Source of the DNA: Chara braunii
Lineage: Eukaryota; Plantae; Charophyceae
NCBI GenBank assembly: GCA_003427395.1
Contig: BFEA01000010.1
Span: forward strand, 4,275,057 to 4,338,718
Direction of reading: 5' to 3'
DNA: 63,662 bases
The notes beneath the pieces were generated by a model. It saw nothing but the letters and a program-made list of their open reading frames with translations, was not told where the DNA came from and searched no databases. Within the stretch, counting starts at the first letter, position 1. Each line of letters begins with the position of its first letter. This document shows positions 12,542-25,549 of the stretch, piece by piece. Both the position numbers and the translations under genes were made by a program.

Positions 12542-14614
12542 TGTCGGCACCGACGGATTTCGAAACAAGTCTTGGCCCTTGAGAGGTGGTATACAACAGA
12601 ATTGTAAATAACAGAGAAACAGAGGAAAGAGAGATCGGAAGGATGAAAGGCTAAGGCATAACTGTCGGCGCCTAGGGGCCTAGAGAATGCCCAGGGCCGC
12701 CGGAACCACTGGACCAAGAATAAATTAGAAGAATAGCAAGCGGCGACGGCCCCCAAGAGAATAATAAAGGCGGCCCTTCTCCCCAAAAGAAGGACCGCCC
12801 ACCGACACATGAAAACGGAGCACGGGGCCAAGAGGGCCACCGGAGTGCAACATAAGAAGGGTCAAAGGGCAATGAGCCAAGTAAAGAGCCGCGACCGGAA
12901 AGACCGGCGCACGCGGGACATAGAAAGAGACTAGAAATGGGGCAGCCATGGGGCGGAAAATAACAAGAGTGGTCGGGACACCACAAGTGTCAGGAACCAT
13001 ATGTGACTAAGTAAAAAAATAACATTTTGGGGCCAAGCACCGACGGGACCACCGGCGGGACAAGTGTCGGCGGGATCACCAGTGGGACAAATGTCGGGGA
13101 CTAGCGCGGGACAAGTGGCGAAGACTCGTGATGTCCCAAGGAAAAAGTTGTGAAGGCCATGAGAAAAATATGCCCAAAGCAAGACGTGTCGTCAAAATCA
13201 AGATCTAGACGACCAAGAATATTAGCATCACTAATACAAGCGCTAGTGGAGGCAAACAGGAGGGCCAAAACAGAAAAGAAAGCAAAGAAAAAATAAGGGA
13301 AGAGATATGGCAGCAATCCGAAATATCTCTGATTAGCCATCTCGAAGAAAATGGAACCTAGAGAGGCTCCATGTGTAAAACAGGCTCCCGGGAGAAAATC
13401 GGAGCAAAAGGGGTCACCGTGGGAAGAAAGAGAGGCAAAAGGAGGCTCCCATAGGCATGGGGGAGCCTCAATTGCAGTCCGAGAAATAACGGACTGCACC
13501 TTGGGCATAGGAAGGGCCAAAACTAAGAGGAAGGGCCTAGAAAAGGCCTTAACGGCTAGCTGACACTTGACATGCTAGAAAAAAGAAAAAAAAAAAAAAA
13601 AAAAAAGGTGAGAGAATAAGACAAAAGGAGTGAGAGGGAATGAGCGAGTTGGTTGTCAGTAGGTACTGCAGCAAGTAGGGACTGGCAAGTCCCTACTGCC
13701 CAAGAAAAAGGAGGGGAAAAAAAAAAAAAAAAAAAAAGGAGAAAAGAAAAAAAAAGTCAAAAGGGCACTAACAGCAAAAAACGGCTACCTAGGGGAGACA
13801 TTTGTGACCAGATTGATTCCGGCATATGTCGGTTGCAAAGTACCTTGATTTTCTCTTGAATTTGCAGAGAAATCTAGAAAAAGGAAGCCCTCATGCAACC
13901 GAGATACAACGGATTGCATGAGGTAGGCCAAACACATGTTTTAGGTCCACTGGGAGCCAAAATGGAAACCGGATGCACTTGGGAATTGACCGTTTTCTTT
14001 TCTTTCGGTTTGGGGCTAATTGTGGGGTAGTGGGACTAGGAAAAAAGGCCCCTATTGTAATCCGAGTTGTAACGGACTGCATGGGGGAGGCCAAACACAT
14101 GTTTTGGGTGCACTCGGGGTCAATATTGAGCCCAGATGCACTTAAACATTAAACGCTTCAATTTTCTTTGGCATGGGGCACGTTGTGGGGCTGTGGTATT
14201 AGGAAATTGACCATGACTGGAGTCCGCGAAATAACGGACTGCATGAGGGTGCCTAGGCTAAGGAAAAATGAGCCGCGACATGTCCAAAAGGCTAGGAAAT
14301 GGTGCCACAGGCATAGAAAAAGTTGAGACGATAGACGGTGACCTTGGGTTGAGATCTCACGGCCAAGAAAAATCGGCACGCACGCAGCACCCAAGGAGGA
14401 AGTATCACTCGTGGCTAATGAACCCCGAAAAATACGCCGAATTAGATAGCGAAGCTTGTTAGCGAAATGTTAGCGAATTCGTGGTTTTTAAACCCAAATT
14501 CGTGTTTTGTGTTGCTGAAGACGGAATCCATGTTTGCAAATTCGTGGTTTTGAAACCCGAAATGTTCATTAATATGACCAAAAGCTCTCTAAAGTCAACT
14601 TAGTGTTCTTCGAA

Positions 14615-15027
14615 GTTATATTCGGACGTACGTTCGGGATTTCGCTATCGAAATCGCACTTTGGGATTTCGGGATTTTATTTAGCCATTTCTCGAAGTTT
14701 TATCCGGACCTACGTTCGGGATTTCGCCACCGAAATCGCATTCGGGATTTCGGGATTTTACTTAGCCGTTTCTTAAAATTATATCCGGACGTACGTTCGG
14801 GATTGCACTTCGGAATTTCGTTACCGAAATCGCACTTCGGGATTTCGGGATTTTACTTAGCCGTTTCTCGAAGTTATATCCGGACGTACGTTCGGGATTT
14901 CGCTACCGAAATCGCACTTCGGGCGGGATTTAACTTAGCCGTTTCTCGAAGTTATATCCGGACGTACGTTCGGGATTTCGCTACTGAAATCGCACTTCGG
15001 GATTTCGGGATTTTACTTAACCGTTTC
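14615..15027. repeat. ~82-bp tandem repeat (~5 copies), absent from the other LTR copies
   Basis: Unit gttatatccggacgtacgttcgggatttcgctaccgaaatcgcacttcgggatttcgggattttacttagccgtttctcgaa; ends at the N at 15028. Confidence 0.85.
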
Positions 15028-17677
15028 NAAAAAAAAAAAAAAAAAGGTGAGAGAATAAGACAAAAGGAGTGAGAGGGAATGAGCGAGTTGGTTGTCAGTA
15101 CGAAATGGCACAAGTAGGGACTAGCATGTCCCTACTGTTCGAAAGTGGAGGGAAAAGAAAAGAAAAGACAGAGAAAAGAAAAGGAAAAAAAAAAGCCTTA
15201 AATGTAAAAAACGGCCACTTAGGGAGATACATCCGTGACCAGATATATTTTGGGATATGGTGGTTGCAAAGTATCTTGATTGTTTTTTTATTTTGCGAAG
15301 AAAATCAAGAAAAATCAAAGCTCTATGCAACCGAGATGCAACGGAATGCATGGGGGAGGGGAAACGCATGTTTTATGTGCATTCGGGGTCAATATTAAGT
15401 CCAGATGCATTTGGAAATTGACCGTTACATTTTGTTTCAGTTTGGGGTAAGTTGTGGGGCCATGAGGCTAGGGAAAAAACCATTATGGCATTCCGAGAAA
15501 TAACGGATTGCATAGGGGCGCCTATGTCAAAAGGAGAAAGGCCTTAGCTCACCCAAGACACCAGAAAAAAGTGTTTTTGCTTTGGGCAAATTAAAACGAT
15601 AAATGAGGGCCGTGAGATTGTGGATCTCGTGACCTATAATATTCGCGGCACTTGAGGCCCATGAGAAGAAGGGATTGGGGCTGCTGGGGACAAAGGAGCC
15701 CCAAATAAAAAATGAGACGTCACCGGGAATGATGTCGGGGACTAAATGAACCCAAATAAAAACAGTTGAAATTTGAGACATGCGCCGACGAGACAACTGT
15801 TGGAATTAGAAAATGGAACTGACATGGGAGAGTGGCAGAGACTTGAGTGGTCCCAAGGAAACCATGAGCTAGCAAAAGGGGAGGAGTGTGCAAGAAAGTA
15901 GCGTCGTCAAAATCAAGATCTTGACGGTGGGAAATATTAACCACTATGAGTGTTAAACTTAGAGGGTCTAGGGAGAGGGTGGTAGGAGACAAAAATGAGA
16001 GAAAAAGGGTAAAGGAGGGACTGCCCAGCAGTCCGAGATATCTCGGACTAGCAAGGCACAAGAAAATAGAGCCTAAATGGGCTCTATGCAAAAAATAAGT
16101 TGCCAAGGAAAAATCGGAGCACAAGGGGGCTAAAAAATGAGAAAACGGAGGCAAACGGGAGCCCGCATGAGCATGGGGGCTTCATTATTGCAATTCGAGT
16201 TGCAACGACCAACTGCTGGCTATGAATCTGGCCATGAATGAGGTTCTAAGGCCTAGAAAAAGAGTTCATAGCAGCTTGATACTTATCACAACACAAATAA
16301 AAGAAAAAGGGGAAAAAATGAGAGGAAAAAATGAGAAAAATTAGAGAAAAAGGAGGGAGGATGAGACAAAAGGGGAGAAAAGAGTGGAGGAGAATGCGTC
16401 GGTCAGTTGGGACTGACACAGTAGGGACTAATTGGTCCCTATTGTGACCTCATCCCTCCTGATTTTGTGGAGGGCAATCCGGATTGCAAAGATAATGCCC
16501 TTGGGGCATTATCTCAGCAATATCTGAATTAAAAAGGGTAAAAATAAGTACAAAATGCAAAAAGGAGTTCGCCGTTTTTTTTGTGGGTGATGGATCTGAG
16601 ATCAGATCTCATGGAGGAGAGTATGTGGCTGTTTTTTGTGGGCCAGCTCAAACGGCCAACTCCGAATGAGTTGACAGTCCAAAATGGAAAGAAACAAAAG
16701 AAGGAAAAAACCGAAACTGTGCATTTTTGGCCAAAAAAGAAGGCCAAATGCATCGAAAATTAAAAAAGTGAGCCTAGGGGCTAAAAATTGAATCAAGGAC
16801 CACTTGGGGATAACTCGGAATAATGCTGGCCTTGGATCTCAGCCAAATCAAAGACTGAGATTGCTCCGAGACAAGGAAAAATATTTCGGCCTACCCAAAA
16901 TTGAGTATAAACAAAAAAAATCAAGAAAATGGAAAATAACCCACAAGGCCTTTTTCTTTCAAGTGAGGCTGCCCCTTGGGCATTTGGACTCAAGGGGGCA
17001 GCATTTGGAAAAGGAAAAAAGGCTTGAGGAGGCCCAAGAGGCAGTCCGAGTTGGTACCAACCACTTGGACTGCTTGTACTTGACCAAAATGAGGTGGCCC
17101 CGGAGAGGCCTAGTGATGGAAATTGACCATGGGGGTACCTCGGTTCACTTAGAGGCACATGGGGAGGCACATGGGCTGACCGGTGCACCTGTTTCAGCCT
17201 ACCTAAGTTGAGGAAGCAATCCGCCACACTCACATTTGCATGAGTGTCCATGCTGCCCAAGTGAACTCATAAGAGCACTCTACTCACTTGGAGTAAGAGG
17301 AGGGGAACCGCTACTAGTTGGGAGACTTGGAGGAGACTGTAGGCTAGTGAAAGCAACCATTGGAGCCAGTGTGAGTAGTGGTGGCCCAAGGAGGTGGTTT
17401 GCCATAACCCCCAGGCTGTGGGAGAGAAAAAGAGGCTTGAAGGAACCCATTCAACCCTCCTAGAGGGGAGGACTTCGTAGTTGCAGCTTGCCATAGCCCG
17501 GGAGAGGCTAGGAGAGGAAGAAGATGAGGGTTTGCGGAAGAAGAGAGTCATAGCTAAGTGAAACCTGGGCAAGGGAGGGAGAAACTTCATCAAGACTGGT
17601 CTTCAACACCAAGAGGATATAGGAGAGGTGAGTGAGGATAAGGAGGAGAAACTTCTTTTTTTTCTTCTTTTTCTTCG

Positions 17678-17719
<42 letters not shown>

Positions 17720-17724
17720 CCTTT

Positions 17725-17780
<56 letters not shown>

Positions 17781-18353
17781 CTTCCTTATTTTTTTTTTTC
17801 TTCTTCTTCTTCTTCCTTACTCTTTATTTTNNNNNNNNNNNNNNNNNNNNNNNNNNNNNNNNNNNNNNNNNNNNNNNNNNNNNNNNNNNNNNNNNNNNNN
17901 TTCTTCTTTTTCTTCCTTTTCTTCTTCTTCTTCCTTATTTTTCTTCTTTAATCTTCCACTCCTTCATCTCCTCTCCAGTCCTCTATTTTTATCTCCTTTC
18001 TCCCTCCATGGCTAAAGCATCCAAAATGTAGGGAATAAATAGGGAGTAACTCCTCCATTAGTAGTGTCTCCCTGATGACCACTTCCTTCACTCCCTCAAT
18101 AAATCCCCACTTTGAGCCATGTAATTCCTAGCTTGAAGGAGAGTTTTACTCACTCTCACCTCAAGATCTCTCTCTCCCTCCACTTGGGGCCATATTGTTA
18201 CATTGGTTCTAACTCAAGCCAACATGTTCATAATCCTTGCCTCTTGCATTGTCCGAATTTTCACCTTGTGATGATCCGATTCAAGTATGGTTGCTTTCAT
18301 GAGTCTTATGCAGGTGTTTGAGCAAGTCTCACTCACATGCAACACTCTTTCTC

Positions 18354-21300
18354 CACTTGGTGATGTGTCGGTTCTTCCTAGTTGCCTTCATAGATTCACA
18401 CGTGTGCATGCTCTAGTCTAACTTGTGCAGCTCAATTCTTTCTTCACTTGGTGATGTGCCGGTTCATCCTACTTGCTTTCATAACTTCACACATGTGTAT
18501 GCTCTAGTTTCATTTGTGCAGTTCAGTCCGTTCTCCACTTGGTGAAATGCCGGTTTCTCCTAGTTGCCACCACACCTTCACACATGTGTATATTCTAGTT
18601 GTGCAGTTCAGTTCTTTCTTCACTTGGTGATGTGTCGGTTCATCCTATGTGCTTCCATAACTTCTCACATGTGTATGCTCTAGTTTCATTTGTGCAGTTC
18701 AATCCTTTCTCCATTTGGTGATGTGCCAGTTCTTCCTAGTTGCCTCCATAGCTTCACACATGTGTATGCTCTAGTCAAAGTTGTGCAGTTCAGTTTTTTC
18801 TTCACTTGGTGATGTGTCGGTTCTTCCTAGTTGTTCGCATAGCTTTATACATGTGTATGCTCTGGTCTAAATCATGTCATTCAGTCCTTTGTCCACTTGG
18901 TGATGTTCCGGTTCTTCCTAGTTGCATCCATCGCTTCACACATCTGTATGCTCTAGCCAATGTTGTGTAGAACCACTGTAGGTCAGTTCTTTCTTCACCT
19001 GGTGATATGCCGATTCTTCCTAATTGCTTCAATAGCTTCACACATGCGTATGCTCTAGTCTCACTTGTGAAGTTCAGTTCTTTCTTCACTTCGTGATGTG
19101 TCGGTTCTTCCTAGTTGCTTCTATAGATTCATACATGTGCATGCTCTAATTTCATTTATGCAGTTCAATCCTATATCCACTTGGTGATTTGTCGGTTCTT
19201 CCTGGTTGCTTCCATACCTCCACACATGTGTTTGCTCTAGTTTAAGTTGTGAAGTTCAGTTTTTTCTCCACTTGGTGATGTGTCGAGTTCAGTCCTTTCT
19301 TCACTAGGTGGTATGCCGGTTCTTCCTAGTTGACTCCGTAGCTTCACACATGTGTATGCTCGGGCCTAAGTTGTGTGGTTCAGTCCTTCCTCCACTTGGT
19401 GATGTGCCAGTTCTTTCTAGTTGCTTCCATAGCTTCACACATGTGTATGCTCTAGTTTCACTTGTGAAGTTCAGTCCTTTCTTCATTGGTGATGTGCCGA
19501 TTCTTCCTAGTTCCTTTCATAGCTTCACGCATGTGTATGCTCTAGTTTCATTTGTAAAGTTCAGTCCTTTCTCCACTTGGTGATGTGCCGGTTCTTTCTT
19601 CCATAGCTTCACACATGCGTATGCTCTAGTCTAAGTTGTGCAGTTCAGTTCTTTCTCCACTTGATGATGTGTCGGTTCTTCCTAGGTTCTTCCATAGCTT
19701 CATACATGTGTATTCGCTGATCTAAGTTGTACAGTTCAGTCCTCTCTTCACTTGGTGATGTGTCGGTTCTTCCTAGTTGCTCTCATCGCTTCACACATGT
19801 GTATGCTCTAGTCTTACTTGCGAAGTTCAATCCTTTCTTCACTTGGTGGAGTGCCGATTCTTCCTAGTTGCCTTTATAGCTTCACACATGTGTATGTTCT
19901 AGCCTAAGTTGTGCGGTTCAGTTCTTTCTTCACTTGGTGATGTGTCGGTTCTTCTTAGTTGCTTCCATAACTTCACACATGTGTATGCTCTATTTTCACT
20001 CGTGAAGTTCAATCCTTTCTTCACTTGGTAATGTGTCGGTTATTCCTAGTTGTTTCTATTACTTCACACATGTGTATGCCATAGTTTCAATTGTGCAGTT
20101 CAGTTCTTTCTTCACTTGGTGATTTGCCGGTTGTTCCTAGTTGCTTTCATAGCTTCACACATGTGTATGCTCTAGTCTAAGTTGTGCAGTTCAGTTCTTT
20201 CTTCACTTGGTGATGTGCCGGTTCTTCCTAGTTGCTTCCATAGCTTCACATTTGTTTATGCACTAGTTTCACTTGTGAAGTTCAGTCCTTTCTTTACTTG
20301 GTGATGTGTCGGTTCTTCCTAGTTGCTTCCATAGCTTCACACATGTGTATGATCTAGTTTCCATAGCTTCACACATGTGTATGATCTAGTTTCACTTGTG
20401 CACTTCGGTCCTTTGTCCTCTTGGTGATGTACCGGTTCTTCCTAGTTGCTTCCATAGCCTAAGTCATATGTATGCTCTAGTTTCACTTGTGTAATTTAGT
20501 CCTTTTTATACTTTGTGATGTGCCGGTTCTTCCTAGTTGCTTTCATAGCTTCACACATGTGCATGCTCTAGTTTCATTTGTGCATTTCAGTTCTCTCTTC
20601 ACTTGGTGATGTGTCAGTTCTTCCTCGTTGCTTCCATGGCTTCACACATGTGTATACTATAGTCTAAGTTGTGCCGGTTCTTCCTAGTTGCTTCCATGGC
20701 TTCACACGTGTATACTCTAGTCGAAGTTGTGCAGTTCGGTCATTTCTTCACTTGGTGATGTGTCCGTTTTTCCTAGTTGCTTCCATAGCTTCACACATGT
20801 GTATGTATTAGTTTCACTTGTGAAGTTTAGTCCTTTCTTCACTTGGTGATGTGCCGGTTCTTCGTAGTTGCTTCCATAGCTTCCTACATGTGTATGATTT
20901 AGTTTCACTTTTGCAGTTTGGTCCTTTGTGCACTTGGTGATGTGTCGATTCTTCCTAGTTGCTTCCATAGCTTCAGATATGGGTATGCACTAGTTTCACT
21001 TATGAAGTTAAGTCCTTTCTTCACTTGGTGTTGTGCCGGTTATTCCTAGTTGTTTCCACAACTTCACACATGTGTATGATCTAGTTTCACTTGTGCACTT
21101 CGGTCCTTTGTCCACTTGGTGATGTACCGGTTTTTCCTAGTTGGTTCCATAGCTTAAGACATATGTATGCTCTAGTTTCATTTGTGCAGTTTAGTCCTTT
21201 CTATACTTTGTGATTTGCCGGTTCTTCCTAGTTGCTTTCATAGCTTCACACATATGCATGCTCTTATTTCACTTGTGCATTTCAGTTCTCTCTTCTCTTG

Positions 21301-22318
21301 GTGATGTGTCGGTTCTTCCTAGTTGTTTCCCTAGCTTCATACATGTATATGCTCTAGTCTAACTTATGCAGTTCAGTTCTTTCTCTCACTTGGTGATGTG
21401 TCGGTTCAGATCTGTTGCTTCCATAAGCTCTATGAGCATGAGCTAGATAGTTACACTTGAGTTGTTCAGTCTTTCTCTCATTTGATTATGTGTCGGTTCA
21501 AATCTGTTGCTTTCATGTCTCCTCGATAGTCACACTTGTGTTGTTCGGTCTTTCTGTCACTTGGTGATGTGTCCGTTAAGATCTGTTGCTTCCATAGCTC
21601 TATGTGCATGTGTAGGATAGTCACACCTGTGGTGATTGGTCTTTCTCTCATTTGATGATGTGTCAGTTTAAATTTGTTGCTTTCATGGGTCCTTATGCAT
21701 GTGTAGGATAGTCACTTTTGTGCTGTTCAGTCTTTCTCTCACTTGGGGATGTGCGGGTTCAGATCTGTTGCTTCCATAGCTCTATGTGCATGTGTAGGAT
21801 AGTCACACCTGCGCTGATTGGGCTTTCTCTCACTTGGTGATGTTACGGTTTAGATTTGGTGCTTCCATGGCAGCATGACTCTTTGTGCATATGTGAGAGA
21901 GTCACACTTATGGTGTTCAGCCTTCTTCTCCCTTGGTGATGTACCAGTTCAGATTTTGCTGCCTCCATAGCTCTATGTGCATGTGTAAGACAGTTACACT
22001 TGTGATGTTCAGTCTTCCCTTCGGTTGGTGATGTACCGGTTCTGATCTTGCTTCCTCCATAACTCTATGTGCATGTGTAAGCCAGTTACACTTGTGTTGT
22101 TCAGTCTTCCCCTCACTTGGTGATGTATCGGTTCAGATTTTCCTCTGTCCATAACGCTATGTGCATGTGTAAGCCAGTTACACTTGTGCCGACCAGTCTT
22201 TCTCTCATTTGATGATGTACTGGTTCAGATCTTGCTGCCTCCATAGCTCTATGTGCATGTGTACGCTAATTACACTTATGTTGTTCAGTCTTTCTCTCAC
22301 TTAGTGATGTACCGGTTC
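18354..22318. repeat. 91-bp satellite array in the 5' LTR (~43 units; type A, then type C from ~21390)
   Basis: cacttggtgatgt recurs with a 91-bp period (18354, 18445, ...). Confidence 0.95.
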
Positions 22319-22376
22319 ATGTCTTGAATGGGGGACGGTAGGTCAAGTAAGGGTTAGGCTTGATTAGGATTAGGTA

Positions 22377-22431
<55 letters not shown>

Positions 22432-22553
22432 TCTCNNNNNNNNNNNNNNNNNNNNNNNNNNNNNNNNNNNNNNNNNNNNNNNNNNNNNNNNNNNNNNNNN
22501 NNNNNNNNNNNNNNNNNNNNNNNNNNNNNNNNNNNNNNNNNNNNNNNNNNNNN

Positions 22554-22617
<64 letters not shown>

Positions 22618-23807
22618 ACATTTTCGTTCTTCTATTTTGTCCTTTGGTCCTCTCTCCCTTACCTCCCATAAACTAAGTCTAAACGTTTTTCTCTTCGCAC
22701 TTGGCATGCAACTAACCTCTCTCTCTCACTTGCTACATTGCCAGGAGACGAACGGTGAAAGAAAGTTGATCTCACTTGGTGGAAAAAGAGGGCAAGGGAA
22801 GGACTGCCGGACCCTTGTGCCACCAAGAGGGAAAAAAAAGGGAATATTTGAGAGCGGTAACTGCAAAAACGCTGTGAAATTGGAAAGTGGACTAGAGGAA
22901 AAGTTTGTTGATTGAAAGAGAGGTCAGTTGATTAAACCAGAACCCCGACTGCATGACTAAAGAAAGAGGATGGATTAACCGGGCAAAAGAAAGAAAATGG
23001 AAGGTGGTCAAGGGCAAAGAAATAAAAGTTAGGCATGTGGAAAACGTTATGTGTTGTCCCTAATAGGGGATTGTATTGGTCTTTGCATTTGCGTTTGACT
23101 GTGCAAGTGAGTAGCATTGGGATGTCTTGAGCGGGATTGGGCCGGGTGAGCCGAGCGACAAAAGAAATGGGAGAGGGCAAAGGGTCAAGGCGCCTTAGTG
23201 TAAACTCTATTTACGAATGAAGCCTTTGTGTATGAGACTTCGAGTGTGTATTGAGGGGGAGTAGAGTTTTGAATGGTTAAAGTGTGAAGTAGCCCTTCGC
23301 ATGCGGATGGAGGCCCCGAAAAGACTAAGGGGCAGACAACAAGGTCATGAATGAAATATGCAGATCATGAAAATGCGTAGGGGCAAAGGGAAAAGACGAC
23401 ACTGCCGCCCCCCGATGATGTAATAGGACTGTTGTGCTAGGGAAATAATGTGTGGCCTAAGGATGACGCTTAGCCTACGCACAAAGGAAGAGAATTCTCA
23501 AAGAACTCCTGGACTGCTTGAGTATTGGAAGGAGCAGTTGCCTGCGAACACAATCAAGAATCAGGAAAATTACGTTTGCGAAAAGATCAGCGAGACTACC
23601 ATCCGGCGTGAGAGATGAGCTACATCCCCAATGTCAAAGCTCTCTCACTCGACGGCCCATCCCCATCCATCTCAAAGCACTAGGTGGGGTGAACCCGTGA
23701 TGAATGACCCGCGCCCTGAGCATGAGTGTGGGTGGGCTGAGCCAACTAGGACCCGTAGTGGGGTCAACACAGGCTCAAAAGTCTAGCGGGGTTTTGCCCT
23801 ACAAAAA

Positions 23808-23825
23808 TGGTGGAGGCGACAGGCA
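23808..23825 (+). promoter_or_regulatory. Putative primer binding site, tRNA-Ala-like
   Basis: TGGTGGAGGCGACAGGCA 4 nt after the LTR CA; TGGTGGAG is complementary to the ...CTCCACCA end of tRNA-Ala. Confidence 0.6.
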
Positions 23826-25549
23826 TAGGGTTAAACTAACCCTATCCATCCCGATGGGGGCGCCGAACGCATGGACGTGTACACAACCAAAGATAAGGAA
23901 ATAAACACTTGAATTTTCTCTTCCCTTTGAGAGAATCAGATTTGAGAGTGGCTGGGCGCATGGCATGGCCAGGCCTGGAGGTATACCGTGCTTGATTGCA
24001 CACTTGATCAGCCGCTCCTTTGCGGAGTGGCTCTATCCTCCCTTCCCCCGGTGCTGGTGTTCGCCAGTCCGGAGAGGTTGAGGGCAAGTCACAGGTCGAC
24101 TTTTACCCTTCGTGTGAAAGAAGGACTCCGGTTACTTGGTAGGCGATTGGTGCTTCGACTTTGGCCGGGGTCCAATGAAAATCCCACGGCGGAGTGATCC
24201 GAACGACTGGGTGCTCTTCTCTCTTCTTCTATTGGGCCCCGTGGACCCATGCACTATACATTTGAGATGCTTGAAGGAACCAACATGAACACAACGGTAA
24301 TCGAGAAAAGAATAATCCTGCCCTATGAAGCGACATACGAAAGAAGAAAATGAGAATGAAGGGAGTTGCTAGATTCCAAAGAAAACTAGCTCATCCTTGA
24401 AGATGCTCACGAAAAGGAACCAACCACTGTGTATGGACAATAGGGGGAGTGGCACACACGGTCCTGAGAGATAATGCGAGGCATGGGTATGATGCGCTGG
24501 ATGCACCATGGGAAAGACACTTGTACTATGTGTGTCCCACTTGAGACTTGTGATCTGCATGAGGGGAAATTGAGTGTCCTGCCCACAGAAGGAAAGAGTG
24601 GGTCTGACCAGCTGGGATGGGTTGCAAATTGTCATTTCTTTGAAGTGCCACCTTGTCGCATATGTGGGAGGTTGAGCCACGGGGCTGTTGGGCAAAAGCT
24701 GGTCTCGCCGGTTGATTAGTACTACTCTCTCCCGGGCGGACCGAGCATGGCTCAACACCTTGCCCAGACGAGATGTGAAACGTCTCCTTAGGTGGGGTGG
24801 CTGCTCGTCGGCAGACGGAGGGGGACTGCTGCATGTGGGGCAAGGAGGGCGCCTCGGGGACGAATAGTAGCCTCCCGGAGCACGGCATGGGAAGGGCCGA
24901 CTCTTATCGGGCAGCTGGAACTGAATGCCCGGACGGTTGACCTTTGCTCCTACCGGCGTGCGCGGGGTGATTCCCGGTGCCAACGGGGGTATGCGAGAGC
25001 GGCAAGATGGGATGGGGTATTCTGGGCAAACGGAGAGGGGTGATACCCTGTGTCGGAGTTGAGGTACTGCGCTTGCTACGGTTGTGTTGTGCTTGAGGTA
25101 TGGGATAAAACTCTATTGATGGTAACAATGGAGAGACCACTTTGGAAAGAGGCCGGTGAGGAGATGACCGTGTTTGTGTGTGAGATTGCCTGAGTTTTTC
25201 GTATTTTGTATCCCCCTCTGTAAAACTGGTTGAGACACGAGTTGTTTAACAGGGTCAAGATTCTAGTCTGTTTTGTATCCCCCTCTGTAAGTCCGTACGA
25301 GTGAGTGAAGACCCTGAGAGGAAAAAATAAAGGTTAGCTTTGAAAGGAACCAAGAAAATGAGTTTGGGTGAAAGGGGGGGTCGTTCGAGGGTATCCGAGG
25401 AGGGATAAATTTTGAGAATGGGGAGATAAACTAGGCTAGACCTTGATGAGGGGTCTGAAATATTCTCATCCGGGATGTAGGCTGATCGGACCCAAGGACC
25501 GGGGTCGGCGCTTAGTTGTGGAAAATAGGCATCGGATGCTGGAACCAAG

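Larger units (their letters stand above)
12542..23803 (+). repeat. 5' LTR, ~11.3 kb
   Basis: Starts TGTCGG, ends GCCCTACA, followed by the PBS. Colinear over kilobases with 53386-63662 and 30694-38799. Confidence 0.88.

Noticed and set aside
12511-18321. Many short ORFs within the giant LTRs as host genes
   Set aside because: Frames and stops are not kept between the three LTR copies, and no domain is recognisable.
18354-22318. CRISPR-like repeat-spacer array
   Set aside because: The sequence between the conserved cores is itself repeated rather than unique, there are no cas genes, and the context is a eukaryotic LTR. It is a satellite.
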